Positions 1 through 8,995 of a stretch of 30,294 nt of DNA are shown here, piece after piece; within the stretch, counting starts at the first letter, position 1, and the number at the start of each line of letters is the position of its first letter. This DNA comes from a virus (Duplodnaviria; Caudoviricetes): positions 1 to 30,294 of IMG/VR virus record IMGVR_UViG_3300032290_000368. One strand, 5' to 3'. The notes under the pieces are model-generated. The model ran no database searches. It saw nothing but the letters and a program-made list of their open reading frames with translations, and was not told where the DNA came from. Both the position numbers and the translations under genes were made by a program.

Positions 1-600
1 GCAGAATTTTCTAAGCAAGATCAAGTTGCTGGTGTTGCGACTTTGACTGTTCCTAATGGAGCAGAACAGAACGCTTTTGCGCGTTTGTTTGATGCGACAT
101 CTGGCACACTAAACACTGGTCTGTTTGAAATGGACCTGTTGTGCCGAACCAAGTTGTCTCTTGGAACAACTTCAAACGACAACTTTTATCCTCGCGTTGG
201 GTTCTTCTCGACGACTGTTGCTGGAAATACTGAAGGATCGTATACGGCAAACGGTATGTACTTTGAACGGATGTTTAACTTAACGACATCCTCAAACGAG
301 ACGACTTGGTTTGCTGTATTTACACAGGGTTGGAATGGAACTTCTGGCCGCCGTATCAGAGTGAATACTGGTGCTACGGTTACGAATTGGAATACGCTTG
401 GTATTTGGGTCAGTGAAGATGGACAAAATGCCGTTTGGACTGTGAATGACAGAACCGTGCTGTCTGTTCAAGACGCAAATATCAACTCTGCTGCCATTCG
501 TGCTGGAGCAGAAACTTATGTGTCAGGGACTCTTTCTGCCGCGTTCAACAACAAGATTGATTACATGCAATTCCGCGTGTTTCCACGGAGGCCAGCATGA
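1..600 (+). CDS. Virion accessory / receptor-binding protein with a ConA/LamG-like beta-sandwich (5' partial)
   Basis: Frame is open from base 1 (AEFSKQDQVAGVATLTVPNG...). The product is T/S/G/N-rich and beta-strand-like with the motif WNTLGIWVSEDGQNAVWTVND. Its stop overlaps the next start (ATGA at 597-600). Confidence 0.55.
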   Translation, partial: AEFSKQDQVAGVATLTVPNGAEQNAFARLFDATSGTLNTGLFEMDLLCRTKLSLGTTSNDNFYPRVGFFSTTVAGNTEGSYTANGMYFERMFNLTTSSNETTWFAVFTQGWNGTSGRRIRVNTGATVTNWNTLGIWVSEDGQNAVWTVNDRTVLSVQDANINSAAIRAGAETYVSGTLSAAFNNKIDYMQFRVFPRRPA

Positions 601-1409
601 TTGGCACATTAAACTCCGTTGACGCATCTCACTACGACAGCCGAGAATACGACATCAGAAGTTGCAGTCGCTTGTTTGCAAATTGCGCAAGCAAGTCGCC
701 AACGAACAATCTGGTTCTTGGAAATATGAACCTGTCTATTCCAGCAACTAGTGGAGGGACGGTTGCTCTTGTTGGTAGTTACACCGCAGGCGCTGCTCAG
801 TTGTATCAGATGAGCATTCCTCAAAACACTGGATTGAGAGTGTCTCTTACAGATCGCGTTGCCGCCACATCTCAAACTTTGTGGGCTGGCATGTTTGAGA
901 TGGATACCACAGCCCGTGTTCGGTGGAATAAGACTGGTCAAGACGACACGATGCCAAAAATTGGTTTTTGCCAATACAGCGCCTCTGTTGCGTCAATCAT
1001 TGCTTTCACATGCACTGGCACAGAAACGACTTGGCGAGTGCATATCGCGATTACTACGAACGACAACGGCTCTTTGGTTATTGAAGAGAAACGAATCAAC
1101 ACTGGCGTTTCGATTAGTGATTGGACAACGCTGCATGTCTGGGTAGATCAAGACGGAAAGCACGCAAAGTTTTATGCGAATGGCCGTCTCGTGTATCACG
1201 AACGAGATCCTTTGTGGATTCCTCGCGCAGACAACCACAAATACAAGTTGTCAACCCGTGTGGATGCTGATTGGAATCCAGAAATAGTTACAAACTATGC
1301 GGACAGCCTCAACAACGGAGGAGTGACTCTCCGTGGAATGCAAAACAATGCAAGCCCAGCAACATTCGATGTTGATTGGGTTCGTATTCGATACTTCACA
1401 AAGAGGTAG
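597..1409 (+). CDS. Paralog of the upstream lectin-like virion protein
   Basis: Shares collinear motifs with the upstream ORF: FEMD, P(R/K)(V/I)GF, R(V/I)NTG..(V/I)..W.TL.(I/V)WV..DG..A....N.R, and C-terminal (I/V)D(Y/W)...R.F..R. SD-like GGAGG lies just upstream. Confidence 0.6.
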   Translation: MIGTLNSVDASHYDSREYDIRSCSRLFANCASKSPTNNLVLGNMNLSIPATSGGTVALVGSYTAGAAQLYQMSIPQNTGLRVSLTDRVAATSQTLWAGMFEMDTTARVRWNKTGQDDTMPKIGFCQYSASVASIIAFTCTGTETTWRVHIAITTNDNGSLVIEEKRINTGVSISDWTTLHVWVDQDGKHAKFYANGRLVYHERDPLWIPRADNHKYKLSTRVDADWNPEIVTNYADSLNNGGVTLRGMQNNASPATFDVDWVRIRYFTKR

Positions 1410-1411
1410 TC

Positions 1412-1543
1412 ATGCCATTCAAGTCGAAGGCCCAACAGAAATACATGTTTGCCACCATGCCAAAGACGGCAAAGAAGTGGGCAAAGGAAACAAAAAACAT
1501 CAAATTGCTGCCGAAGAAGGCACCAAAGAAACGAGGTCGTTGA
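1412..1543 (+). CDS. 43-aa Lys-rich phage microprotein (MPFKSKAQQKYMFATMPKTAKKWAKETKNIKLLPKKAPKKRGR)
   Basis: Translated by hand, below the ORF-track cutoff. GAGG precedes ATG at 1412 and TGA 1541-1543 overlaps the next ATG. The MPFKSKAQ..YMFA..P..AKKW pattern resembles small proteins I recall from environmental phages. Confidence 0.75.
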   Translation: MPFKSKAQQKYMFATMPKTAKKWAKETKNIKLLPKKAPKKRGR

Positions 1544-1767
1544 TGCTTGTGCCGATTGGCAGAAATGTCTTTGTTGGCGCGGCGAATGTGAAACGCATCA
1601 CTCTCAATGGAGAGCAGTATGTGATTCACTACTTCGACACTCGCGATGTAGATGTTGTGCAAGGAGCAGACGCGCTGTCTCTCCGAAGATTCCTCAACCG
1701 TATCGCTGACGGGGGAAGCGAAGAACGGAAAGACATCCCCCGCATGAACCAGCGAAGGAGATCGTAA
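1543..1767 (+). CDS. Hypothetical protein, 74 aa (MLVPIGRNVFV...)
   Basis: TGATG coupling at the start, TAATG coupling at the end, GAGG upstream. It is the 3' part of the track ORF 1333..1767. Confidence 0.65.
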   Translation: MLVPIGRNVFVGAANVKRITLNGEQYVIHYFDTRDVDVVQGADALSLRRFLNRIADGGSEERKDIPRMNQRRRS

Positions 1768-1919
1768 TGAAGAACACGAAGAAGAAGATGCCGATGAAAG
1801 CAATGCCGAAGGCCCGTGGCGGCGCAGCCGTCAAGCGCAATGGAAACAACGGCGCTAAGGGTGGCGGTATGGGTGGCGGTTACGGCGGTGCTATGGGTGG
1901 CGGAATGAAGCGCCGCTAA
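1767..1919 (+). CDS. 50-aa basic Gly/Met-rich microprotein (MKNTKKKMPMKAMPKARGGAAVKRNGNNGAKGGGMGGGYGGAMGGGMKRR)
   Basis: Translated by hand. AAGGAG precedes ATG 1767, TAATG coupling, and its stop overlaps the portal SD (TAAGGAG). Confidence 0.7.
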   Translation: MKNTKKKMPMKAMPKARGGAAVKRNGNNGAKGGGMGGGYGGAMGGGMKRR

Positions 1920-1929
1920 GGAGACTCTG

Positions 1930-3702
1930 ATGCTCGACCTTTCATATGAAAAGTTTCGGCGTGAAATCGACTCTGCTGAGGCGTTCCGTGATGCGCATAT
2001 CGCAGAGTTTCGCGGAATGGTCGAGAGGTATCACGGCCCTAGTTACCGAGACGACAGGGCCGATCCTTCTAATGATGACCCAGAAAACTTTGCGCATGAG
2101 TACATATCGCTCGTGCTTCCGCGCATCATCCATGATGTGCCAAAGTTCCGCGTGCGATGCGCCGAGGCCATGATGGACATGATGTTTGGCAAGCGAATGC
2201 AGATTGCTCTGAATCGCTGGTCAAAGGTCACCCGCATTCGACGCACACTTGAGCGCATTGCCACCGACATGCTGCTGTGTTACGGCGTCGGTTTGGTTGT
2301 TAGTGAACCTCGTGCTGAATGCAGGCAGGTTGATGGTCGAGAACCGTATCTTCCACGCCTGTACCGCATCAGTCCTGAGCGGTTCTTCATTGATCCGGCA
2401 GCACAGCACATCGAAGACGCCCGTTTCATGGGTCACTGCTACGCCGTAGACAAGTCTGACCTCATTGCCAAGGCCGAAATGGATTCAACATGGGATGCCG
2501 ATGCCATTGCGGAAATCGCCGCTGGCACGGATCTTGAGTATGCGCGCGATGACACTGGCCGCGATGTCGAGGACCGTCAAGAATTGGCCGTCTACGAGGT
2601 TTGGGTACCAGAGATTGCCCAAGAGGCTGCTGAGATTGCCGACGAGTTGCTTGGCGGCGGAATGGTCAATGGAACGATCTATACGATCGTGAAGGGCCGT
2701 TCTAAGGAAACCAAGTGGGATGGCTTTATTCGCAAGCCAATCCCGTACTTTGGCCCCCGTAGTGGCCCGTATGTGGTGTTTGGCGTCTACACGGTGCCAG
2801 ATGACCCGTATCCAATGTCCCCATTGGTTGCGATTGAGTCACAGGTTGGCGACTTGAACCGAAATCTGAGCAGCATGAGAGAAAGTGCTGCGCGGTACAA
2901 GCGCATGATCATGGTCGATGCGCGTAACCACAAGTTGGCACAAGACATTAAGGATAAGCCACACGACTTTGTTGTCGTCAGCGAGTCACTGGACAAGGAC
3001 CGCGTGATGCCCGTCGAAATCGGCGGCATTACCCAGCAGCAGGTTCAGTACAGCCAGATTGCGCAGGATCGACTTGACCGCGTGTCGGGCATCCACGACG
3101 CAATGCGAGGAAACATTACTGGCGCTGCGACGGCCACCGAAGTTGCTGTGGCTGAGTCTAGCGCCACGATGCGTATGGCTCACCTGAAGCGTCAATTCCA
3201 AGACTGCGTGGACGACATGGCGCGGTCTGTGTGCTGGTATATGTGGCATGACGACCGTGTTGTCCTGCCTCTGGGCAGGGAGGGCGTAGAAGCCCTCAGA
3301 GAGGCCAATCCCGTGTTTGTAGGCGGCGTCCGTATGCCGGGATTTGAGGATTTGGATGTGGCCGTCGATGCCTTCAGCATGGAACGAGTGTCTGAGGCGC
3401 TCGTGCAGAAACGGGCTTTAGAACTCCTCCAGATCACTACGAATGTCGCCCAAGGCATGGTGTCTATGCCCATGATCAAGTGGCGCGAAATCCTGTCGAT
3501 TGTGGGCGATGCGCTCAATGTCCCAACGCTTGCGGACATGATTGACATGGACGCAGTCGGACAGATGCAGGCACAGATGGCCGCGCCCCCTGCGGCACCA
3601 CCCCCGTCAGCCCCAGCCCAACGAAGCAATGAAATGGGAGAGCCAAGCCCAATTCCGGCGTCTAGCCTTGCCGGAATCCGAGGGGCGGCAAACCGAGCAT
3701 GA
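1930..3702 (+). CDS. Portal protein (P22-like)
   Basis: 590 aa with strong SD AAGGAG. Motifs RISPERFFIDP, VYEVW and G...A.ATATEVA, plus a Q/P/A-rich tail. Located before scaffold and capsid genes. Confidence 0.85.
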   Translation: MLDLSYEKFRREIDSAEAFRDAHIAEFRGMVERYHGPSYRDDRADPSNDDPENFAHEYISLVLPRIIHDVPKFRVRCAEAMMDMMFGKRMQIALNRWSKVTRIRRTLERIATDMLLCYGVGLVVSEPRAECRQVDGREPYLPRLYRISPERFFIDPAAQHIEDARFMGHCYAVDKSDLIAKAEMDSTWDADAIAEIAAGTDLEYARDDTGRDVEDRQELAVYEVWVPEIAQEAAEIADELLGGGMVNGTIYTIVKGRSKETKWDGFIRKPIPYFGPRSGPYVVFGVYTVPDDPYPMSPLVAIESQVGDLNRNLSSMRESAARYKRMIMVDARNHKLAQDIKDKPHDFVVVSESLDKDRVMPVEIGGITQQQVQYSQIAQDRLDRVSGIHDAMRGNITGAATATEVAVAESSATMRMAHLKRQFQDCVDDMARSVCWYMWHDDRVVLPLGREGVEALREANPVFVGGVRMPGFEDLDVAVDAFSMERVSEALVQKRALELLQITTNVAQGMVSMPMIKWREILSIVGDALNVPTLADMIDMDAVGQMQAQMAAPPAAPPPSAPAQRSNEMGEPSPIPASSLAGIRGAANRA

Positions 3703-3989
3703 AATACGAATTTGAAGATTCTCAAGGAAATGTCGTAGAACTCGACATGCGGATGTCGGAAGCCCCCGCAATCGGTGATATTATCACCCATGATGGGGTA
3801 ACCCTTCGCCGTATTGCCAGCATCCCACAAGTTGACGCTGGAACCTGCCGTGGGCAGTATCCATATGTGAGTCATGCACTTCCGCGCAAACTTGCAGGGT
3901 GCCAGACAACACGCGACGGTAAACCAATCATCAAGTCAAAGCGACATGAGCGGAATGTCATGTCGCAGCATGGTTATGCAAAGGACTGA
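3699..3989 (+). CDS. Hypothetical protein, degenerate FmdB-like zinc-ribbon homolog
   Basis: ATGA overlap with portal. The M.YEF....G..VE..M.M.E.P.......G..LRR..S pattern resembles FmdB-like proteins often found after portals, but the CxxC pairs are missing. Confidence 0.5.
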   Translation: MKYEFEDSQGNVVELDMRMSEAPAIGDIITHDGVTLRRIASIPQVDAGTCRGQYPYVSHALPRKLAGCQTTRDGKPIIKSKRHERNVMSQHGYAKD

Positions 3990-3990
3990 A

Positions 3991-4842
3991 ATGCCAGAAC
4001 CCATTGAAAACCAGCAGCAGGAAAGAGCAGAGATCGAAACACCAATCGATACTCCGAAGGAAGTCGCACCACCACAACCTGTTGTGGACGACAACTCCGA
4101 CGCGGAAATGGATGCGGTGCTTGATCGCTTGCTTGGCGTTGACGAGTCTGAGCCACGGACTAATTCCAACACTGTAAGTGCGGCTCCAGACGCGGAATAT
4201 GACCGCGCACTGAAGGCGCTGCAACGAGACGGTGTTCCGCAAGATGTCATTGATGCCATCAAGTCAGATCCCTCTAAGGTGAAGGATTGGGGACTTAAGG
4301 CAGCAAAGCGCCAAGCGGATGTGGACGCCTTTGGAGCGAAAGTTGCGCAGCAAAGCCAAGCAAAGGAAGAGGTAAAGAATTCCGCTGATGCGGAAGATGA
4401 TGCCGATCCTTTGTCCGAATTCGATGAGATTTTCGGTGATGGTGCTGCGAAGCCAATTCGCACGATGGCTGAACGGCTCAAGAAGGAATTCGATTCCAAA
4501 GCGCAAGCGATGGAAATGCAATTTCAAACCTTCCGTGCATATCAGCAATTGGCTTCGCAGGACGGAGCAAATGCTCCCTCTTATGAGGCATTGACTGAGA
4601 AGGCTGCGGAAATTGGTCGAGCCAATCCGGGACAGTTCGACAGTGTCGATCAAATCGTGGCCGCTGCATACAAGCAGTTGGCGAAGCCAACTACAAAGAG
4701 AGATCCTCGTGATCTTGCCCGTCCAACTGTTGGGAAGTCTGTTCCACGGCCACAGCGCCAAGTGGATCGTGATGATCTCGCATTGGACATCTTGCTGTCT
4801 GGTGGAAGTCGCGATGAAGTTCGACGTGTACTCACTCGCTAA
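3991..4842 (+). CDS. Capsid scaffolding protein
   Basis: ATG 3991 follows AAGGA. Acidic, disordered N-terminus, helical coiled-coil middle and basic C-terminus. Lies between portal and major capsid gene. Confidence 0.7.
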   Translation: MPEPIENQQQERAEIETPIDTPKEVAPPQPVVDDNSDAEMDAVLDRLLGVDESEPRTNSNTVSAAPDAEYDRALKALQRDGVPQDVIDAIKSDPSKVKDWGLKAAKRQADVDAFGAKVAQQSQAKEEVKNSADAEDDADPLSEFDEIFGDGAAKPIRTMAERLKKEFDSKAQAMEMQFQTFRAYQQLASQDGANAPSYEALTEKAAEIGRANPGQFDSVDQIVAAAYKQLAKPTTKRDPRDLARPTVGKSVPRPQRQVDRDDLALDILLSGGSRDEVRRVLTR

Positions 4843-4861
4843 TTAACACAAGGAGTGGCAA

Positions 4862-6214
4862 ATGCCATCCATTCAAACATTCAACGATTTCATGGCAACG
4901 ACAGGTCCGACGTACCTGACGAGCGCCGATCAAGTCATCAACGAGGCCGTCAAGAACACTTACGCATTCTCTCGTCTTCTTAAGAACAAGACGAGCGAGG
5001 TCACCATTCAAGGTGGTAATGAAATTCGTGATGTCATCATGTTTGATGACTCGCGAACCTATGACCACTACCAGCCAAATGATGTGTTCACTTGGCGCAA
5101 TCCTCAAGTGACTGACACAATCAAGGCACCGTGGCGATTCTCGATCGACCACATGTCTTGGACTGACGCTGAAGTCGAACTCAACACGGGCGAAACCGCT
5201 GCCAGCACCAAGGTTGCTTACAAGCGTCTCAAGCGCATCAAGGAACAGCGGCTTTGGACCTCGATGACTAACGGGTTTGAAGAAGACCTGTGGGCACCAC
5301 CATCTCTTGCGCAGATGGAAGTTGAATCTGGTCGCCTTCCATACTCTCTTCCATTCTTTATTACGGAAATTGGACGAAATTTTGGTGGGTCTCTTGGCCT
5401 TCGTGGAACTCGTCCATTTACGGCATCAGCAAACACTTCGACTGTGATGGGTCTTGATCCAACGGTTGATACTCGTTGGACCAACATCATTGAGCCATAT
5501 GGCTACAACAGTGGTGCCGGAATTGCTACGGAACCATCTGCTGCTGGAGTTCCGTTGACATTCAATGACAAGTCAACTCTTGGGCAGGGCGCTGGCACTA
5601 CAACAAGCATCACCGTTAATCCCCTCTTTACGGCGTTTGATCGCATGTTTATGCGCATCAAGTATGAGGCTCCTTCGTCTCATCAAGAATACTTTGAAAA
5701 GGACACCCTTAATCGTCAGATGATTCTGACGAGCCGCGAAGGTGTTCAGTTCTATCGCCGTCTTCTTCGTCTGAGCAATGACACTTTGGTTAATTACCAA
5801 GATGCTGCCTATAGCAACCCAACATACAGCGGCATTCCTCTGACTTACTGCTCAGACCTTGACACAGCGGCAATTTTCCCAGCGCACAGCGGAACCGTTG
5901 CTGACAAATTTAGCGGCACCGCAGGAACGGATTACAACGAAGTTGTAACCACGAATGCTGATGGTGCGTTTAGCGCATTTGGAACAGAGTCTGGTTCAAC
6001 TACCATTGCAAAGGGTCCGCGTTACTTCTTTGTGAATGGCAACTACCTCACGCCGATCTTCCACAGCAAGCGTTACTTCAAGACCCATGAAGTTCTGCGC
6101 CATCCGAATCAGCCATTCACTTATGTGATGCCTGTGGATTGCTGGCACAACCTGTTCTGCAACAGCCGTCAGCGTCATGGCGTCGTTTGCCCAATTCCAA
6201 CCGCAACTTCCTGA
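4862..6214 (+). CDS. Major capsid protein (HK97 fold)
   Basis: 450 aa with strong SD AAGGAG. N-terminal pattern (..DQV......F.RL......IQGG.EIR..IMF) and C-terminal NLFCNSRQRHGV resemble phage MCPs. Position follows the scaffold. Confidence 0.85.
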   Translation: MPSIQTFNDFMATTGPTYLTSADQVINEAVKNTYAFSRLLKNKTSEVTIQGGNEIRDVIMFDDSRTYDHYQPNDVFTWRNPQVTDTIKAPWRFSIDHMSWTDAEVELNTGETAASTKVAYKRLKRIKEQRLWTSMTNGFEEDLWAPPSLAQMEVESGRLPYSLPFFITEIGRNFGGSLGLRGTRPFTASANTSTVMGLDPTVDTRWTNIIEPYGYNSGAGIATEPSAAGVPLTFNDKSTLGQGAGTTTSITVNPLFTAFDRMFMRIKYEAPSSHQEYFEKDTLNRQMILTSREGVQFYRRLLRLSNDTLVNYQDAAYSNPTYSGIPLTYCSDLDTAAIFPAHSGTVADKFSGTAGTDYNEVVTTNADGAFSAFGTESGSTTIAKGPRYFFVNGNYLTPIFHSKRYFKTHEVLRHPNQPFTYVMPVDCWHNLFCNSRQRHGVVCPIPTATS

Positions 6215-6235
6215 TCCCAAAGGAGGGATACACAA

Positions 6236-6727
6236 ATGATTGCAGGTCTTATTACCCCCTCTGGGAACCTGTCGGCCCTTACACCTCAACAAGTTACGGT
6301 CAGGCCAATCGCAGCCGCAGCCGTTGCTGTTGGAGACCTCGTTCGGTTTGATGCTGCTTCGGCAACGCTTGACACGACATACTCGTCGCAGGCCAATCTG
6401 GAAAACTACGACGAACCGAACTGCCCATTCAATGTTGTTGTTCTGGCTGCGGCTGGCAATGACGCTGGTCCGTTCGGTGTTGTGACTGAAGCAGCGCCAG
6501 CAGGTTCTCGATGCACGGTCTGTGTTGCGGGTGTCGTTCCCGTCAAGGCAACTGCCGCATCAATTGCTCGTGGAGATGTCGTAATTCCCGGTGCAGGAGC
6601 GGTTCTCGCTGCTGCCGCTGCTGCTGGGTCTGGCGCTCCGCTTGGTGTTGCGTTGGAAGCATTCGGAGCCAGTGAAACGAAGCGCATCCTTTTGAACGGA
6701 TTCGTGTTTGCCGTTGGCGGCGCGTAA
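6236..6727 (+). CDS. Capsid decoration/cement protein (DUF2190-like)
   Basis: Strong SD AAGGAGG. Small and Ala/Gly/Val-rich with A..VAVGDLV, GVV..A, IARGD.V and LGVALEA motifs. Directly after the MCP. Confidence 0.7.
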   Translation: MIAGLITPSGNLSALTPQQVTVRPIAAAAVAVGDLVRFDAASATLDTTYSSQANLENYDEPNCPFNVVVLAAAGNDAGPFGVVTEAAPAGSRCTVCVAGVVPVKATAASIARGDVVIPGAGAVLAAAAAAGSGAPLGVALEAFGASETKRILLNGFVFAVGGA

Positions 6728-6760
6728 TCGTCAATTGGACGGATCGATTAACAACTGAAC

Positions 6761-6788
6761 GGCTTGGCGGGGGAAACCCCGCCAAGCC
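6761..6788 (+). promoter_or_regulatory. Perfect 12-bp GC-rich hairpin with GAAA tetraloop after the head genes (terminator/attenuator or mRNA stabiliser)
   Basis: GGCTTGGCGGGG-GAAA-CCCCGCCAAGCC. No U-tract follows, and it ends 6 nt before ATG 6795. Confidence 0.65.
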
Positions 6789-6794
6789 AATTCC

Positions 6795-8300
6795 ATGGCT
6801 CTGACATACGGCAACCTCAAGCAGCACATTTTGCTGGCGCTCGGTGGTCAACCGTCGATCGTCAGTGGTGTGACTCGCGATCAGCGTATCGCTGAAATCA
6901 TCAATCAGGCTGGGAACTATCTGTTCTCCAAGCAGTGGCGATTCCGTGAACGGACATCTCGTCCGTTGTCGGTAGTCGCAAGTCAAGACTACATCAGTCT
7001 TCCCAGTGATGTAGACGAACTTGTCACGCTTACCTGCAAGGCTGGTTTGGGATGGGTTGTCGAGATGACAACGCCAGAACAAATGGAAATCCTGCGCACG
7101 GCTATTGAGCCGGGATTGATGGCTGGCACTTACTACGCCGCACTATCACGCCCGTGGGCGCAGTCGAACGGCTCTCCTCTAGTCGATGGCACTGGAATGC
7201 CAGAGATTCGACTTGAGTTGTATCCCAAGCCTGCATCATCTAGCAGCGACAGCATTTTCGTTCGGTACCGATCAGCGTGGGTTGCTCTCAATGAGAACAC
7301 GCTGTCAACCTATTTGATTCCTGTCCCTTCATATGCAGAAGCCCTTCTGATTGCATATGCACGGGCCTTTGCGATGGCGTATGAAGACGAGGGTCTTTCT
7401 GCGCGTCTCATTGAGATCGACAATGGTCCGTTGTTTAACAACGCATCGATCAAGGATGGAATCCAACAGCGGGATTACGGGAGGTTGCCGACTCAGAGAG
7501 TCGGCCCCTTTCGTCGCGGATCCGGTTCGGTATCGTCTGGGTACGGTTCAGTAGGCGCTCTTCTTGCGCCAGCAACCGCGTTCTCAAACATTCGATGGCG
7601 CGGGGTTTGGTCTGGTGCTTCAACCTACACCATTGGCGATGTCATTCGCTATGGCGACAAGGTCTACATTGCAGTCATTGGTAGCACCAATAGCACGCCA
7701 CCATCAAGTTCATGGGAATTGATGACCCAAGACGGGCAGGTTGGTCCTATTGGACCAACAGGAGCCACAGGCGCTACTGGACCGATGGGAACTCTTCCCG
7801 CGATAAATGAAGGCAGTCTCATTGGAAGAGCCACTGGTTTAGGGAACGGTGTTCCTGTAGGTGTTCCAGCAGGTTACGGACTTGGCGTTCTTGCAGATGT
7901 TGCAGTGTCGTTGACTATGTATTCAAGCACATTGTCATCGAATGTAGCAATGACAAATGCAGTGACTTGGTATGACGGTCCATCAATTTCATTGACTGCT
8001 GGAACATATTCAATTGATTCGACTGTGACCCTTCGCAAGGGAAGCCTTACTGGAACAAGTAACTACGCGGTAAGAATTACAGACGGAACAAATCATTTCT
8101 GTTCTACAGAATCATCTTGGAACACACGAGCATCTTCTAACGGCACTGCTTCTTGCAGTTCAAGAATCGTGCTTGCGTCTACAACCACTATAAAAATTCA
8201 AGCCATTTCTGATTATGCGGGTGGTCAAATACTTGCTGCAACAGATTTCCAAAGCAGCGGAGCAAACGCTACAAACATCAATGCATTGAGGATCGCATGA
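6795..8300 (+). CDS. Head-to-tail adaptor (tail tubular A-like) fused to a fibre-like C-terminus
   Basis: N-terminal M.LTYG.L...I...L....IINQA...L..WRF and LYPKP...VRY motifs resemble adaptors. These are followed by a CBM5/12-like W....Y..GDVI.Y....Y.A motif, a (Gly-X-Y)6 collagen-like run at 7734-7790 and a beta-rich terminal domain. Confidence 0.65.
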   Translation: MALTYGNLKQHILLALGGQPSIVSGVTRDQRIAEIINQAGNYLFSKQWRFRERTSRPLSVVASQDYISLPSDVDELVTLTCKAGLGWVVEMTTPEQMEILRTAIEPGLMAGTYYAALSRPWAQSNGSPLVDGTGMPEIRLELYPKPASSSSDSIFVRYRSAWVALNENTLSTYLIPVPSYAEALLIAYARAFAMAYEDEGLSARLIEIDNGPLFNNASIKDGIQQRDYGRLPTQRVGPFRRGSGSVSSGYGSVGALLAPATAFSNIRWRGVWSGASTYTIGDVIRYGDKVYIAVIGSTNSTPPSSSWELMTQDGQVGPIGPTGATGATGPMGTLPAINEGSLIGRATGLGNGVPVGVPAGYGLGVLADVAVSLTMYSSTLSSNVAMTNAVTWYDGPSISLTAGTYSIDSTVTLRKGSLTGTSNYAVRITDGTNHFCSTESSWNTRASSNGTASCSSRIVLASTTTIKIQAISDYAGGQILAATDFQSSGANATNINALRIA

Positions 8301-8566
8301 CTGAGGATTCAAAGAATAAGTCACAGTTGATTGCGTCTTGGGCGCAGTTCGTTGCAATCTGCATTGGCATTGGGACCGTGTTGTTGAACATGGGACGAAA
8401 AGACCAACAGTTAGCGACCACCAGCGAACAAGTCAAAGAACTCAGCAGCATCGTCTCCGATCTTGCCAAGGCACAGGTCGGCTTCACACTTACAGACCAG
8501 CAGACATCAGAGCGTCTGCGCGAACTAGCCGCACGGCTGGATCGACTTGAAAGGACTAATCGATGA
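8297..8566 (+). CDS. Single-TM coiled-coil membrane protein (holin/antiholin-like)
   Basis: TM segment LIASWAQFVAICIGIGTVLL followed by a coiled coil. ATGA coupling on both sides. Confidence 0.5.
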   Translation: MTEDSKNKSQLIASWAQFVAICIGIGTVLLNMGRKDQQLATTSEQVKELSSIVSDLAKAQVGFTLTDQQTSERLRELAARLDRLERTNR

Positions 8567-8772
8567 CCGAATTCAATCCGTCGTGGCGTACAACGCTTGC
8601 TGGTATTGGCGCAATCCTTGTTGCTGTTGGTAGTGCAGTTGCTGCTTACTTTGACAATGACCCGCTTACCAATGCAGATTGGGGTGCAGTGGTCGCTGCA
8701 ATCATTGCTGGTATTGGCCTTCTCAATGCCCGTGATAACAAGGTAAGCAGCGAGAAGGCTGGCGCTAAGTGA
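8563..8772 (+). CDS. Putative holin (two TM helices)
   Basis: 69 aa: SWRTTLAG..TM1..loop..TM2..GL..ARD with a charged C-terminus. This pattern is typical of small phage holin-like proteins. Confidence 0.6.
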   Translation: MTEFNPSWRTTLAGIGAILVAVGSAVAAYFDNDPLTNADWGAVVAAIIAGIGLLNARDNKVSSEKAGAK

Positions 8773-8773
8773 C

Positions 8774-8995
8774 ATGCTGGATCGAATCATTGCATCAATT
8801 GCATTGGCACTTGTTTCGTACCTTGAGCGCCGTATACGCGAAGGTTCGACTGCTGTGGACGGCACTGTGGATCGTGGGCGTCTTTCTCGCGCTGGCAGCA
8901 ACATTCGCAAGTGGCTGCACAAGAACGATCTTAGTGCCGGAAGCATCCCCGATAAGGATCGGCCCGATGGTGAAGGGACGAATCTACATTCTTGA
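8774..8995 (+). CDS. Putative inner-membrane spanin-like protein (Rz-like)
   Basis: ATG 2 nt after the holin stop. N-terminal hydrophobic anchor then a charged region. Overlapped in another frame by a lipoprotein gene. Confidence 0.45.
   Translation: MLDRIIASIALALVSYLERRIREGSTAVDGTVDRGRLSRAGSNIRKWLHKNDLSAGSIPDKDRPDGEGTNLHS

Noticed and set aside
1333-1542. 5' extensions given by the ORF track (1333, 3874, 15303, 29772, 29903, 30103)
   Set aside because: Downstream ATGs with SD sequences or stop/start coupling fit better and avoid long overlaps.
1860-1905. GGTGGCGGT-type repeats as a DNA repeat element or CRISPR
   Set aside because: Explained by Gly codons of the 50-aa ORF. No repeat-spacer structure was seen anywhere in the window.
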